Shown here: piece after piece, positions 37,901 to 53,400 of the stretch | Layout of the letters: every line of letters begins with the position of its first letter | Numbering within the stretch: position 1 is the stretch's first letter | DNA from: Utricularia gibba | Lineage: Eukaryota > Plantae > Magnoliophyta | Assembly (NCBI GenBank): GCA_002189035.1 | Contig: NEEC01000034.1 | Coordinates: 1-64,000 of the forward strand | DNA: 64,000 nucleotides | Direction of reading: 5' to 3' | Notes under the pieces: generated by a model | The model's input: the letters and a program-made list of their open reading frames with translations, nothing else | What the model was told of the DNA's origin: nothing | Databases searched by the model: none | Translations under genes and position numbers: made by a program

Positions 37901-40900
37901 ATACTCAGGATATGCGTAAATATTTATTTTTAACAAATCCGGTGCACGTGTGATTTTTCGGCTGCATCCCGAATGGTGATGCGCAATGAAATGACTATGT
38001 CGCACATCCTGGTCCACGAAGCACCTCTTCGAAACATGTAGAGCCTTACTCTTCATAGCACACCATTGGGAAGCTTTATTCGTGCTCCAAGTAATATCAT
38101 ATGGAGTTACGTTTTTCCGATAACTGTGGACATATTAAAAACAACCTCAACGAAAAGTGTCTTCCGTGTCCTTCCTTGAAGCTTCTCGTGCTCCAACTCA
38201 TATGGATGGTTGCGATAACGTGGACATATTAAAAACAACCTCAACGAAAAGTGTCTTCCGTGTCCTTCCTTGGTGGCTGCGTCTAAGAATGTGCTTCTCG
38301 TTCTCGACATTGATGCAAATGGGATACACGGCAAAAGAATCAAATAGCCACTAGAGACATGGTGTATGGGAATGGTGCATCAAGAATCAGAAGTATCATA
38401 GCAACTAATTGAATCAATCAACAGCCAAAACATATGGTGTCAAACTTCATCGGATATGCGATCAAGATGGAAAAAAGTCACATGTTACATCATGAATTTC
38501 GTGGCATCACTTATCCCAACACTGTTGTATACTCAGGATATGCGTAAATATTTATTTTTAACAAATCCGGTGCACGTGTGATTTTTCGGCTGCATCCCGA
38601 ATGGTGATGCGCAATGAAATGACTATGTCGCACATCCTGGTCCACGAAGCACCTCTTCGAAAACATGTAGAGCCTTACTCTTCATAGCACACCATTGGGA
38701 AGCTTTATTCGTGCTCCAAGTAATATCATATGGAGTTACGTTTTTCCGATAACTGTGGACATATTAAAAACAACCTCAACGAAAAGTGTCTTCCGTGTCC
38801 TTCCTTGGTGGCTGCGTCTAAGAATGTGCTTCTCGTTCTCGACATTGATGCAAATGGGATACACGGCAAAAGAATCAAATAGCCACTAGAGACATGGTGT
38901 ATGGGAATGGTGCATCAAGAATCAGAAGTATCATAGCAACTAATTGAATCAATCAACAGCCAAAACATATGGTGTCAAACTTCATCGGATATGCGATCAA
39001 GATGGAAAAAAGTCACATGTTACATCATGAATTTCGTGGCATCACTTATCCCAACACTGTTGTATACTCAGGATATGCGTAAATATTTATTTTTAACAAA
39101 TCCGGTGCACGTGTGATTTTTCGGCTGCATCCCGAATGGTGATGCGCAATGAAATGACTATGTCGCACATCCTGGTCCACGAAGCACCTCTTCGAAAACA
39201 TGTAGAGCCTTACTCTTCATAGCACACCATTGGGAAGCTTTATTCGTGCTCCAAGTAATATCATATGGAGTTACGTTTTTCCGATAACTGTGGACATATT
39301 AAAAACAACCTCAACGAAAAGTGTCTTCCGTGTCCTTCCTTGGTGGCTGCGTCTAAGAATGTGCTTCTCGTTCTCGACATTGATGCAAATGGGATACACG
39401 GCAAAAGAATCAAATAGCCACTAGAGACATGGTGTATGGGAATGGTGCATCAAGAATCAGAAGTATCATAGCAACTAATTGAATCAATCAACAGCCAAAA
39501 CATATGGTGTCAAACTTCATCGGATATGCGATCAAGATGGAAAAAAGTCACATGTTACATCATGAATTTCGTGGCATCACTTATCCCAACACTGTTGTAT
39601 ACTCAGGATATGCGTAAATATTTATTTTTAACAAATCCGGTGCACGTGTGATTTTTCGGCTGCATCCCGAATGGTGATGCGCAATGAAATGACTATGTCG
39701 CACATCCTGGTCCACGAAGCACCTCTTCGAAAACATGTAGAGCCTTACTCTTCATAGCACACCATTGGGAAGCTTTATTCGTGCTCCAAGTAATATCATA
39801 TGGAGTTACGTTTTTCCGATAACTGTGGACATATTAAAAACAACCTCAACGAAAAGTGTCTTCCGTGTCCTTCCTTGGTGGCTGCGTCTAAGAATGTGCT
39901 TCTCGTTCTCGACATTGATGCAAATGGGATACACGGCAAAAGAATCAAATAGCCACTAGAGACATGGTGTATGGGAATGGTGCATCAAGAATCAGAAGTA
40001 TCATAGCAACTAATTGAATCAATCAACAGCCAAAACATATGGTGTCAAACTTCATCGGATATGCGATCAAGATGGAAAAAAGTCACATGTTACATCATGA
40101 ATTTCGTGGCATCACTTATCCCAACACTGTTGTATACTCAGGATATGCGTAAATATTTATTTTTAACAAATCCGGTGCACGTGTGATTTTTCGGCTGCAT
40201 CCCGAATGGTGATGCGCAATGAAATGACTATGTCGCACATCCTGGTCCACGAAGCACCTCTTCGAAACATGTAGAGCCTTACTCTTCATAGCACACCATT
40301 GGGAAGCTTTATTCGTGCTCCAAGTAATATCATATGGAGTTACGTTTTTCCGATAACTGTGGACATATTAAAAACAACCTCAACGAAAAGTGTCTTCCGT
40401 GTCCTTCCTTGGTGGCTGCGTCTAAGAATGTGCTTCTCGTTCTCGACATTGATGCAAATGGGATACACGGCAAAAGAATCAAATAGCCACTAGAGACATG
40501 GTGTATGGGAATGGTGCATCAAGAATCAGAAGTATCATAGCAACTAATTGAATCAATCAACAGCCAAAACATATGGTGTCAAACTTCATCGGATATGCGA
40601 TCAAGATGGAAAAAAGTCACATGTTACATCATGAATTTCGTGGCATCACTTATCCCAACACTGTTGTATACTCAGGATATGCGTAAATATTTATTTTTAA
40701 CAAATCCGGTGCACGTGTGATTTTTCGGCTGCATCCCGAATGGTGATGCGCAATGAAATGACTATGTCGCACATCCTGGTCCACGAAGCACCTCTTCGAA
40801 AACATGTAGAGCCTTACTCTTCATAGCACACCATTGGGAAGCTTTATTCGTGCTCCAAGTAATATCATATGGAGTTACGTTTTTCCGATAACTGTGGACA

Positions 40901-42437
40901 TATTAAAAACAACCTCAACGAAAAGTGTCTTCCGTGTCCTTCCTTGGTGGCTGCGTCTAAGAATGTGCTTCTCGTTCTCGACATTGATGCAAATGGGATA
41001 CACGGCAAAAGAATCAAATAGCCACTAGAGACATGGTGTATGGGAATGGTGCATCAAGAATCAGAAGTATCATAGCAACTAATTGAATCAATCAACAGCC
41101 AAAACATATGGTGTCAAACTTCATCGGATATGCGATCAAGATGGAAAAAAGTCACATGTTACATCATGAATTTCGTGGCATCACTTATCCCAACACTGTT
41201 GTATACTCAGGATATGCGTAAATATTTATTTTTAACAAATCCGGTGCACGTGTGATTTTTCGGCTGCATCCCGAATGGTGATGCGCAATGAAATGACTAT
41301 GTCGCACATCCTGGTCCACGAAGCACCTCTTCGAAAACATGTAGAGCCTTACTCTTCATAGCACACCATTGGGAAGCTTTATTCGTGCTCCAAGTAATAT
41401 CATATGGAGTTACGTTTTTCCGATAACTGTGGACATATTAAAAACAACCTCAACGAAAAGTGTCTTCCGTGTCCTTCCTTGGTGGCTGCGTCTAAGAATG
41501 TGCTTCTCGTTCTCGACATTGATGCAAATGGGATACACGGCAAAAGAATCAAATAGCCACTAGAGACATGGTGTATGGGAATGGTGCATCAAGAATCAGA
41601 AGTATCATAGCAACTAATTGAATCAATCAACAGCCAAAACATATGGTGTCAAACTTCATCGGATATGCGATCAAGATGGAAAAAAGTCACATGTTACATC
41701 ATGAATTTCGTGGCATCACTTATCCCAACACTGTTGTATACTCAGGATATGCGTAAATATTTATTTTTAACAAATCCGGTGCACGTGTGATTTTTCGGCT
41801 GCATCCCGAATGGTGATGCGCAATGAAATGACTATGTCGCACATCCTGGTCCACGAAGCACCTCTTCGAAACATGTAGAGCCTTACTCTTCATAGCACAC
41901 CATTGGGAAGCTTTATTCGTGCTCCAAGTAATATCATATGGAGTTACGTTTTTCCGATAACTGTGGACATATTAAAAACAACCTCAACGAAAAGTGTCTT
42001 CCGTGTCCTTCCTTGGTGGCTGCGTCTAAGAATGTGCTTCTCGTTCTCGACATTGATGCAAATGGGATACACGGCAAAAGAATCAAATAGCCACTAGAGA
42101 CATGGTGTATGGGAATGGTGCATCAAGAATCAGAAGTATCATAGCAACTAATTGAATCAATCAACAGCCAAAACATATGGTGTCAAACTTCATCGGATAT
42201 GCGATCAAGATGGAAAAAAGTCACATGTTACATCATGAATTTCGTGGCATCACTTATCCCAACACTGTTGTATACTCAGGATATGCGTAAATATTTATTT
42301 TTAACAAATCCGGTGCACGTGTGATTTTTCGGCTGCATCCCGAATGGTGATGCGCAATGAAATGACTATGTCGCACATCCTGGTCCACGAAGCACCTCTT
42401 CGAAAACATGTAGAGCCTTACTCTTCATAGCACACCA

Positions 42438-45400
42438 TTGGGAAGCTTTATTCGTGCTCCAAGTAATATCATATGGAGTTACGTTTTTCCGATAACTGTG
42501 GACATATTAAAAACAACCTCAACGAAAAGTGTCTTCCGTGTCCTTCCTTGGTGGCTGCGTCTAAGAATGTGCTTCTCGTTCTCGACATTGATGCAAATGG
42601 GATACACGGCAAAAGAATCAAATAGCCACTAGAGACATGGTGTATGGGAATGGTGCATCAAGAATCAGAAGTATCATAGCAACTAATTGAATCAATCAAC
42701 AGCCAAAACATATGGTGTCAAACTTCATCGGATATGCGATCAAGATGGAAAAAAGTCACATGTTACATCATGAATTTCGTGGCATCACTTATCCCAACAC
42801 TGTTGTATACTCAGGATATGCGTAAATATTTATTTTTAACAAATCCGGTGCACGTGTGATTTTTCGGCTGCATCCCGAATGGTGATGCGCAATGAAATGA
42901 CTATGTCGCACATCCTGGTCCACGAAGCACCTCTTCGAAAACATGTAGAGCCTTACTCTTCATAGCACACCATTGGGAAGCTTTATTCGTGCTCCAAGTA
43001 ATATCATATGGAGTTACGTTTTTCCGATAACTGTGGACATATTAAAAACAACCTCAACGAAAAGTGTCTTCCGTGTCCTTCCTTGGTGGCTGCGTCTAAG
43101 AATGTGCTTCTCGTTCTCGACATTGATGCAAATGGGATACACGGCAAAAGAATCAAATAGCCACTAGAGACATGGTGTATGGGAATGGTGCATCAAGAAT
43201 CAGAAGTATCATAGCAACTAATTGAATCAATCAACAGCCAAAACATATGGTGTCAAACTTCATCGGATATGCGATCAAGATGGAAAAAAGTCACATGTTA
43301 CATCATGAATTTCGTGGCATCACTTATCCCAACACTGTTGTATACTCAGGATATGCGTAAATATTTATTTTTAACAAATCCGGTGCACGTGTGATTTTTC
43401 GGCTGCATCCCGAATGGTGATGCGCAATGAAATGACTATGTCGCACATCCTGGTCCACGAAGCACCTCTTCGAAAACATGTAGAGCCTTACTCTTCATAG
43501 CACACCATTGGGAAGCTTTATTCGTGCTCCAAGTAATATCATATGGAGTTACGTTTTTCCGATAACTGTGGACATATTAAAAACAACCTCAACGAAAAGT
43601 GTCTTCCGTGTCCTTCCTTGGTGGCTGCGTCTAAGAATGTGCTTCTCGTTCTCGACATTGATGCAAATGGGATACACGGCAAAAGAATCAAATAGCCACT
43701 AGAGACATGGTGTATGGGAATGGTGCATCAAGAATCAGAAGTATCATAGCAACTAATTGAATCAATCAACAGCCAAAACATATGGTGTCAAACTTCATCG
43801 GATATGCGATCAAGATGGAAAAAAGTCACATGTTACATCATGAATTTCGTGGCATCACTTATCCCAACACTGTTGTATACTCAGGATATGCGTAAATATT
43901 TATTTTTAACAAATCCGGTGCACGTGTGATTTTTCGGCTGCATCCCGAATGGTGATGCGCAATGAAATGACTATGTCGCACATCCTGGTCCACGAAGCAC
44001 CTCTTCGAAAACATGTAGAGCCTTACTCTTCATAGCACACCATTGGGAAGCTTTATTCGTGCTCCAAGTAATATCATATGGAGTTACGTTTTTCCGATAA
44101 CTGTGGACATATTAAAAACAACCTCAACGAAAAGTGTCTTCCGTGTCCTTCCTTGGTGGCTGCGTCTAAGAATGTGCTTCTCGTTCTCGACATTGATGCA
44201 AATGGGATACACGGCAAAAGAATCAAATAGCCACTAGAGACATGGTGTATGGGAATGGTGCATCAAGAATCAGAAGTATCATAGCAACTAATTGAATCAA
44301 TCAACAGCCAAAACATATGGTGTCAAACTTCATCGGATATGCGATCAAGATGGAAAAAAGTCACATGTTACATCATGAATTTCGTGGCATCACTTATCCC
44401 AACACTGTTGTATACTCAGGATATGCGTAAATATTTATTTTTAACAAATCCGGTGCACGTGTGATTTTTCGGCTGCATCCCGAATGGTGATGCGCAATGA
44501 AATGACTATGTCGCACATCCTGGTCCACGAAGCACCTCTTCGAAAACATGTAGAGCCTTACTCTTCATAGCACACCATTGGGAAGCTTTATTCGTGCTCC
44601 AAGTAATATCATATGGAGTTACGTTTTTCCGATAACTGTGGACATATTAAAAACAACCTCAACGAAAAGTGTCTTCCGTGTCCTTCCTTGGTGGCTGCGT
44701 CTAAGAATGTGCTTCTCGTTCTCGACATTGATGCAAATGGGATACACGGCAAAAGAATCAAATAGCCACTAGAGACATGGTGTATGGGAATGGTGCATCA
44801 AGAATCAGAAGTATCATAGCAACTAATTGAATCAATCAACAGCCAAAACATATGGTGTCAAACTTCATCGGATATGCGATCAAGATGGAAAAAAGTCACA
44901 TGTTACATCATGAATTTCGTGGCATCACTTATCCCAACACTGTTGTATACTCAGGATATGCGTAAATATTTATTTTTAACAAATCCGGTGCACGTGTGAT
45001 TTTTCGGCTGCATCCCGAATGGTGATGCGCAATGAAATGACTATGTCGCACATCCTGGTCCACGAAGCACCTCTTCGAAAACATGTAGAGCCTTACTCTT
45101 CATAGCACACCATTGGGAAGCTTTATTCGTGCTCCAAGTAATATCATATGGAGTTACGTTTTTCCGATAACTGTGGACATATTAAAAACAACCTCAACGA
45201 AAAGTGTCTTCCGTGTCCTTCCTTGGTGGCTGCGTCTAAGAATGTGCTTCTCGTTCTCGACATTGATGCAAATGGGATACACGGCAAAAGAATCAAATAG
45301 CCACTAGAGACATGGTGTATGGGAATGGTGCATCAAGAATCAGAAGTATCATAGCAACTAATTGAATCAATCAACAGCCAAAACATATGGTGTCAAACTT

Positions 45401-47447
45401 CATCGGATATGCGATCAAGATGGAAAAAAGTCACATGTTACATCATGAATTTCGTGGCATCACTTATCCCAACACTGTTGTATACTCAGGATATGCGTAA
45501 ATATTTATTTTTAACAAATCCGGTGCACGTGTGATTTTTCGGCTGCATCCCGAATGGTGATGCGCAATGAAATGACTATGTCGCACATCCTGGTCCACGA
45601 AGCACCTCTTCGAAAACATGTAGAGCCTTACTCTTCATAGCACACCATTGGGAAGCTTTATTCGTGCTCCAAGTAATATCATATGGAGTTACGTTTTTCC
45701 GATAACTGTGGACATATTAAAAACAACCTCAACGAAAAGTGTCTTCCGTGTCCTTCCTTGGTGGCTGCGTCTAAGAATGTGCTTCTCGTTCTCGACATTG
45801 ATGCAAATGGGATACACGGCAAAAGAATCAAATAGCCACTAGAGACATGGTGTATGGGAATGGTGCATCAAGAATCAGAAGTATCATAGCAACTAATTGA
45901 ATCAATCAACAGCCAAAACATATGGTGTCAAACTTCATCGGATATGCGATCAAGATGGAAAAAAGTCACATGTTACATCATGAATTTCGTGGCATCACTT
46001 ATCCCAACACTGTTGTATACTCAGGATATGCGTAAATATTTATTTTTAACAAATCCGGTGCACGTGTGATTTTTCGGCTGCATCCCGAATGGTGATGCGC
46101 AATGAAATGACTATGTCGCACATCCTGGTCCACGAAGCACCTCTTCGAAAACATGTAGAGCCTTACTCTTCATAGCACACCATTGGGAAGCTTTATTCGT
46201 GCTCCAAGTAATATCATATGGAGTTACGTTTTTCCGATAACTGTGGACATATTAAAAACAACCTCAACGAAAAGTGTCTTCCGTGTCCTTCCTTGGTGGC
46301 TGCGTCTAAGAATGTGCTTCTCGTTCTCGACATTGATGCAAATGGGATACACGGCAAAAGAATCAAATAGCCACTAGAGACATGGTGTATGGGAATGGTG
46401 CATCAAGAATCAGAAGTATCATAGCAACTAATTGAATCAATCAACAGCCAAAACATATGGTGTCAAACTTCATCGGATATGCGATCAAGATGGAAAAAAG
46501 TCACATGTTACATCATGAATTTCGTGGCATCACTTATCCCAACACTGTTGTATACTCAGGATATGCGTAAATATTTATTTTTAACAAATCCGGTGCACGT
46601 GTGATTTTTCGGCTGCATCCCGAATGGTGATGCGCAATGAAATGACTATGTCGCACATCCTGGTCCACGAAGCACCTCTTCGAAAACATGTAGAGCCTTA
46701 CTCTTCATAGCACACCATTGGGAAGCTTTATTCGTGCTCCAAGTAATATCATATGGAGTTACGTTTTTCCGATAACTGTGGACATATTAAAAACAACCTC
46801 AACGAAAAGTGTCTTCCGTGTCCTTCCTTGGTGGCTGCGTCTAAGAATGTGCTTCTCGTTCTCGACATTGATGCAAATGGGATACACGGCAAAAGAATCA
46901 AATAGCCACTAGAGACATGGTGTATGGGAATGGTGCATCAAGAATCAGAAGTATCATAGCAACTAATTGAATCAATCAACAGCCAAAACATATGGTGTCA
47001 AACTTCATCGGATATGCGATCAAGATGGAAAAAAGTCACATGTTACATCATGAATTTCGTGGCATCACTTATCCCAACACTGTTGTATACTCAGGATATG
47101 CGTAAATATTTATTTTTAACAAATCCGGTGCACGTGTGATTTTTCGGCTGCATCCCGAATGGTGATGCGCAATGAAATGACTATGTCGCACATCCTGGTC
47201 CACGAAGCACCTCTTCGAAAACATGTAGAGCCTTACTCTTCATAGCACACCATTGGGAAGCTTTATTCGTGCTCCAAGTAATATCATATGGAGTTACGTT
47301 TTTCCGATAACTGTGGACATATTAAAAACAACCTCAACGAAAAGTGTCTTCCGTGTCCTTCCTTGGTGGCTGCGTCTAAGAATGTGCTTCTCGTTCTCGA
47401 CATTGATGCAAATGGGATACACGGCAAAAGAATCAAATAGCCACTAG
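42438..47447 (+). repeat. Longest visibly uninterrupted block of full-length 535-bp copies
   Basis: Ten consecutive repeat-ORF starts are spaced exactly 535 bp apart with identical translations. Confidence 0.9.
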
Positions 47448-50400
47448 AGACATGGTGTATGGGAATGGTGCATCAAGAATCAGAAGTATCATAGCAACTA
47501 ATTGAATCAATCAACAGCCAAAACATATGGTGTCAAACTTCATCGGATATGCGATCAAGATGGAAAAAAGTCACATGTTACATCATGAATTTCGTGGCAT
47601 CACTTATCCCAACACTGTTGTATACTCAGGATATGCGTAAATATTTATTTTTAACAAATCCGGTGCACGTGTGATTTTTCGGCTGCATCCCGAATGGTGA
47701 TGCGCAATGAAATGACATAACTGTGGACATATTAAAAACAACCTCAACGAAAAGTGTCTTCCGTGTCCTTCCTTGGTGGCTGCGTCTAAGATTGATGCAA
47801 ATGGGATACACGGCAAAAGAATCAAATAGCCACTAGAGACATGGTGTATGGGAATGGTGCATCAAGAATCAGAAGTATCATAGCAACTAATTGAATCAAT
47901 CAACAGCCAAAACATATGGTGTCAAACTTCATCGGATATGCGATCAAGATGGAAAAAAGTCACATGTTACATCATGAATTTCGTGGCATCACTTATCCCA
48001 ACACTGTTGTATACTCAGGATATGCGTAAATATTTATTTTTAACAAATCCGGTGCACGTGTGATTTTTCGGCTGCATCCCGAATGGTGATGCGCAATGAA
48101 ATGACTATGTCGCACATCCTGGTCCACGAAGCACCTCTTCGAAAACATGTAGAGCCTTACTCTTCATAGCACACCATTGGGAAGCTTTATTCGTGCTCCA
48201 AGTAATATCATATGGAGTTACGTTTTTCCGATAACTGTGGACATATTAAAAACAACCTCAACGAAAAGTGTCTTCCGTGTCCTTCCTTGGTGGCTGCGTC
48301 TAAGAATGTGCTTCTCGTTCTCGACATTGATGCAAATGGGATACACGGCAAAAGAATCAAATAGCCACTAGAGACATGGTGTATGGGAATGGTGCATCAA
48401 GAATCAGAAGTATCATAGCAACTAATTGAATCAATCAACAGCCAAAACATATGGTGTCAAACTTCATCGGATATGCGATCAAGATGGAAAAAAGTCACAT
48501 GTTACATCATGAATTTCGTGGCATCACTTATCCCAACACTGTTGTATACTCAGGATATGCGTAAATATTTATTTTTAACAAATCCGGTGCACGTGTGATT
48601 TTTCGGCTGCATCCCGAATGGTGATGCGCAATGAAATGACTATGTCGCACATCCTGGTCCACGAAGCACCTCTTCGAAAACATGTAGAGCCTTACTCTTC
48701 ATAGCACACCATTGGGAAGCTTTATTCGTGCTCCAAGTAATATCATATGGAGTTACGTTTTTCCGATAACTGTGGACATATTAAAAACAACCTCAACGAA
48801 AAGTGTCTTCCGTGTCCTTCCTTGGTGGCTGCGTCTAAGAATGTGCTTCTCGTTCTCGACATTGATGCAAATGGGATACACGGCAAAAGAATCAAATAGC
48901 CACTAGAGACATGGTGTATGGGAATGGTGCATCAAGAATCAGAAGTATCATAGCAACTAATTGAATCAATCAACAGCCAAAACATATGGTGTCAAACTTC
49001 ATCGGATATGCGATCAAGATGGAAAAAAGTCACATGTTACATCATGAATTTCGTGGCATCACTTATCCCAACACTGTTGTATACTCAGGATATGCGTAAA
49101 TATTTATTTTTAACAAATCCGGTGCACGTGTGATTTTTCGGCTGCATCCCGAATGGTGATGCGCAATGAAATGACTATGTCGCACATCCTGGTCCACGAA
49201 GCACCTCTTCGAAACATGTAGAGCCTTACTCTTCATAGCACACCATTGGGAAGCTTTATTCGTGCTCCAAGTAATATCATATGGAGTTACGTTTTTCCGA
49301 TAACTGTGGACATATTAAAAACAACCTCAACGAAAAGTGTCTTCCGTGTCCTTCCTTGGTGGCTGCGTCTAAGAATGTGCTTCTCGTTCTCGACATTGAT
49401 GCAAATGGGATACACGGCAAAAGAATCAAATAGCCACTAGAGACATGGTGTATGGGAATGGTGCATCAAGAATCAGAAGTATCATAGCAACTAATTGAAT
49501 CAATCAACAGCCAAAACATATGGTGTCAAACTTCATCGGATATGCGATCAAGATGGAAAAAAGTCACATGTTACATCATGAATTTCGTGGCATCACTTAT
49601 CCCAACACTGTTGTATACTCAGGATATGCGTAAATATTTATTTTTAACAAATCCGGTGCACGTGTGATTTTTCGGCTGCATCCCGAATGGTGATGCGCAA
49701 TGAAATGACTATGTCGCACATCCTGGTCCACGAAGCACCTCTTCGAAAACATGTAGAGCCTTACTCTTCATAGCACACCATTGGGAAGCTTTATTCGTGC
49801 TCCAAGTAATATCATATGGAGTTACGTTTTTCCGATAACTGTGGACATATTAAAAACAACCTCAACGAAAAGTGTCTTCCGTGTCCTTCCTTGGTGGCTG
49901 CGTCTAAGAATGTGCTTCTCGTTCTCGACATTGATGCAAATGGGATACACGGCAAAAGAATCAAATAGCCACTAGAGACATGGTGTATGGGAATGGTGCA
50001 TCAAGAATCAGAAGTATCATAGCAACTAATTGAATCAATCAACAGCCAAAACATATGGTGTCAAACTTCATCGGATATGCGATCAAGATGGAAAAAAGTC
50101 ACATGTTACATCATGAATTTCGTGGCATCACTTATCCCAACACTGTTGTATACTCAGGATATGCGTAAATATTTATTTTTAACAAATCCGGTGCACGTGT
50201 GATTTTTCGGCTGCATCCCGAATGGTGATGCGCAATGAAATGACTATGTCGCACATCCTGGTCCACGAAGCACCTCTTCGAAAACATGTAGAGCCTTACT
50301 CTTCATAGCACACCATTGGGAAGCTTTATTCGTGCTCCAAGTAATATCATATGGAGTTACGTTTTTCCGATAACTGTGGACATATTAAAAACAACCTCAA

Positions 50401-53400
50401 CGAAAAGTGTCTTCCGTGTCCTTCCTTGGTGGCTGCGTCTAAGAATGTGCTTCTCGTTCTCGACATTGATGCAAATGGGATACACGGCAAAAGAATCAAA
50501 TAGCCACTAGAGACATGGTGTATGGGAATGGTGCATCAAGAATCAGAAGTATCATAGCAACTAATTGAATCAATCAACAGCCAAAACATATGGTGTCAAA
50601 CTTCATCGGATATGCGATCAAGATGGAAAAAAGTCACATGTTACATCATGAATTTCGTGGCATCACTTATCCCAACACTGTTGTATACTCAGGATATGCG
50701 TAAATATTTATTTTTAACAAATCCGGTGCACGTGTGATTTTTCGGCTGCATCCCGAATGGTGATGCGCAATGAAATGACTATGTCGCACATCCTGGTCCA
50801 CGAAGCACCTCTTCGAAAACATGTAGAGCCTTACTCTTCATAGCACACCATTGGGAAGCTTTATTCGTGCTCCAAGTAATATCATATGGAGTTACGTTTT
50901 TCCGATAACTGTGGACATATTAAAAACAACCTCAACGAAAAGTGTCTTCCGTGTCCTTCCTTGGTGGCTGCGTCTAAGAATGTCTTCTCGATCAAGATGG
51001 AAAAAAGTCACATGTTACATCATGAATTTCGTGGCATCACTTATCCCAACACTGTTGTATACTCAGGATATGCGTAAATATTTATTTTTAACAAATCCGG
51101 TGCACGTGTGATTTTTCGGCTGCATCCCGAATGGTGATGCGCAATGAAATGACTATGTCGCACATCCTGGTCCACGAAGCACCTCTTCGGCACACCATTG
51201 GGAAGCTTTATTCGTGCTCCAAGTAATATCATATGGAGTTACGTTTTTCCGATAACTGTGGACATATTAAAAACAACCTCAACGAAAAGTGTCTTCCGTG
51301 TCAAGAATCAAATAGCCACTAGAGACATGGTGTATGGGAATGGTGCATCAAGAATCAGAAGTATCATAGCAACTAATTGAATCAATCAACAGCCAAAACA
51401 TATGGTGTCAAACTTCATCGGATATGCGATCAAGATGGAAAAAAGTCACATGTTACATCATGAATTTCGTGGCATCACTTATCCCAACACTGTTGTATAC
51501 TCAGGATATGCGTAAATATTTATTTTTAACAAATCCGGTGCACGTGTGATTTTTCGGCTGCATCCCGAATGGTGATGCGCAATGAAATGACTATGTCGCA
51601 CATCCTGGTCCACGAAGCACCTCTTCGAAAACATGTAGAGCCTTACTCTTCATAGCACACCATTGGGAAGCTTTATTCGTGCTCCAAGTAATATCATATG
51701 GAGTTACGTTTTTCCGATAACTGTGGACATATTAAAAACAACCTCAACGAAAAGTGTCTTCCGTGTCCTTCCTTGGTGGCTGCGTTAAGAATGTGCTTCT
51801 CGTTCTCGACATTGATGCAAATGGGATACACGGCAAAAGAATCAAATAGCCACTAGAGACATGGTGTATGGGAATGGTGCATCAAGAATCAGAAGTATCA
51901 TAGCAACTAATTGAATCAATCAACAGCCAAAACATATGGTGTCAAACTTCATCGGATATGCGATCAAGATGGAAAAAAGTCACATGTTACATCATGAATT
52001 TCGTGGCATCACTTATCCCAACACTGTTGTATACTCAGGATATGCGTAAATATTTATTTTTAACAAATCCGGTGCACGTGTGATTTTTCGGCTGCATCCC
52101 GAATGGTGATGCGCAATGAAATGACTATGTCGCACATCCTGGTCCACGAAGCACCTCTTCGAAAACATGTAGAGCCTTACTCTTCATAGCACACCATTGG
52201 GAAGCTTTATTCGTGCTCCAAGTAATATCATATGGAGTTACGTTTTTCCGATAACTGTGGACATATTAAAAACAACCTCAACGAAAAGTGTCTTCCGTGT
52301 CCTTCCTTGGTGGCTGCGTCTAAGAATGTGCTTCTCGTTCTCGACATTGATGCAAATGGGATACACGGCAAAAGAATCAAATAGCCACTAGAGACATGGT
52401 GTATGGGAATGGTGCATCAAGAATCAGAAGTATCATAGCAACTAATTGAATCAATCAACAGCCAAAACATATGGTGTCAAACTTCATCGGATATGCGATC
52501 AAGATGGAAAAAAGTCACATGTTACATCATGAATTTCGTGGCATCACTTATCCCAACACTGTTGTATACTCAGGATATGCGTAAATATTTATTTTTAACA
52601 AATCCGGTGCACGTGTGATTTTTCGGCTGCATCCCGAATGGTGATGCGCAATGAAATGACTATGTCGCACATCCTGGTCCACGAAGCACCTCTTCGAAAA
52701 CATGTAGAGCCTTACTCTTCATAGCACACCATTGGGAAGCTTTATTCGTGCTCCAAGTAATATCATATGGAGTTACGTTTTTCCGATAACTGTGGACATA
52801 TTAAAAACAACCTCAACGAAAAGTGTCTTCCGTGTCCTTCCTTGGTGGCTGCGTCTAAGAATGTGCTTCTCGTTCTCGACATTGATGCAAATGGGATACA
52901 CGGCAAAAGAATCAAATAGCCACTAGAGACATGGTGTATGGGAATGGTGCATCAAGAATCAGAAGTATCATAGCAACTAATTGAATCAATCAACAGCCAA
53001 AACATATGGTGTCAAACTTCATCGGATATGCGATCAAGATGGAAAAAAGTCACATGTTACATCATGAATTTCGTGGCATCACTTATCCCAACACTGTTGT
53101 ATACTCAGGATATGCGTAAATATTTATTTTTAACAAATCCGGTGCACGTGTGATTTTTCGGCTGCATCCCGAATGGTGATGCGCAATGAAATGACTATGT
53201 CGCACATCCTGGTCCACGAAGCACCTCTTCGAAAACATGTAGAGCCTTACTCTTCATAGCACACCATTGGGAAGCTTTATTCGTGCTCCAAGTAATATCA
53301 TATGGAGTTACGTTTTTCCGATAACTGTGGACATATTAAAAACAACCTCAACGAAAAGTGTCTTCCGTGTCCTTCCTTGGTGGCTGCGTCTAAGAATGTG

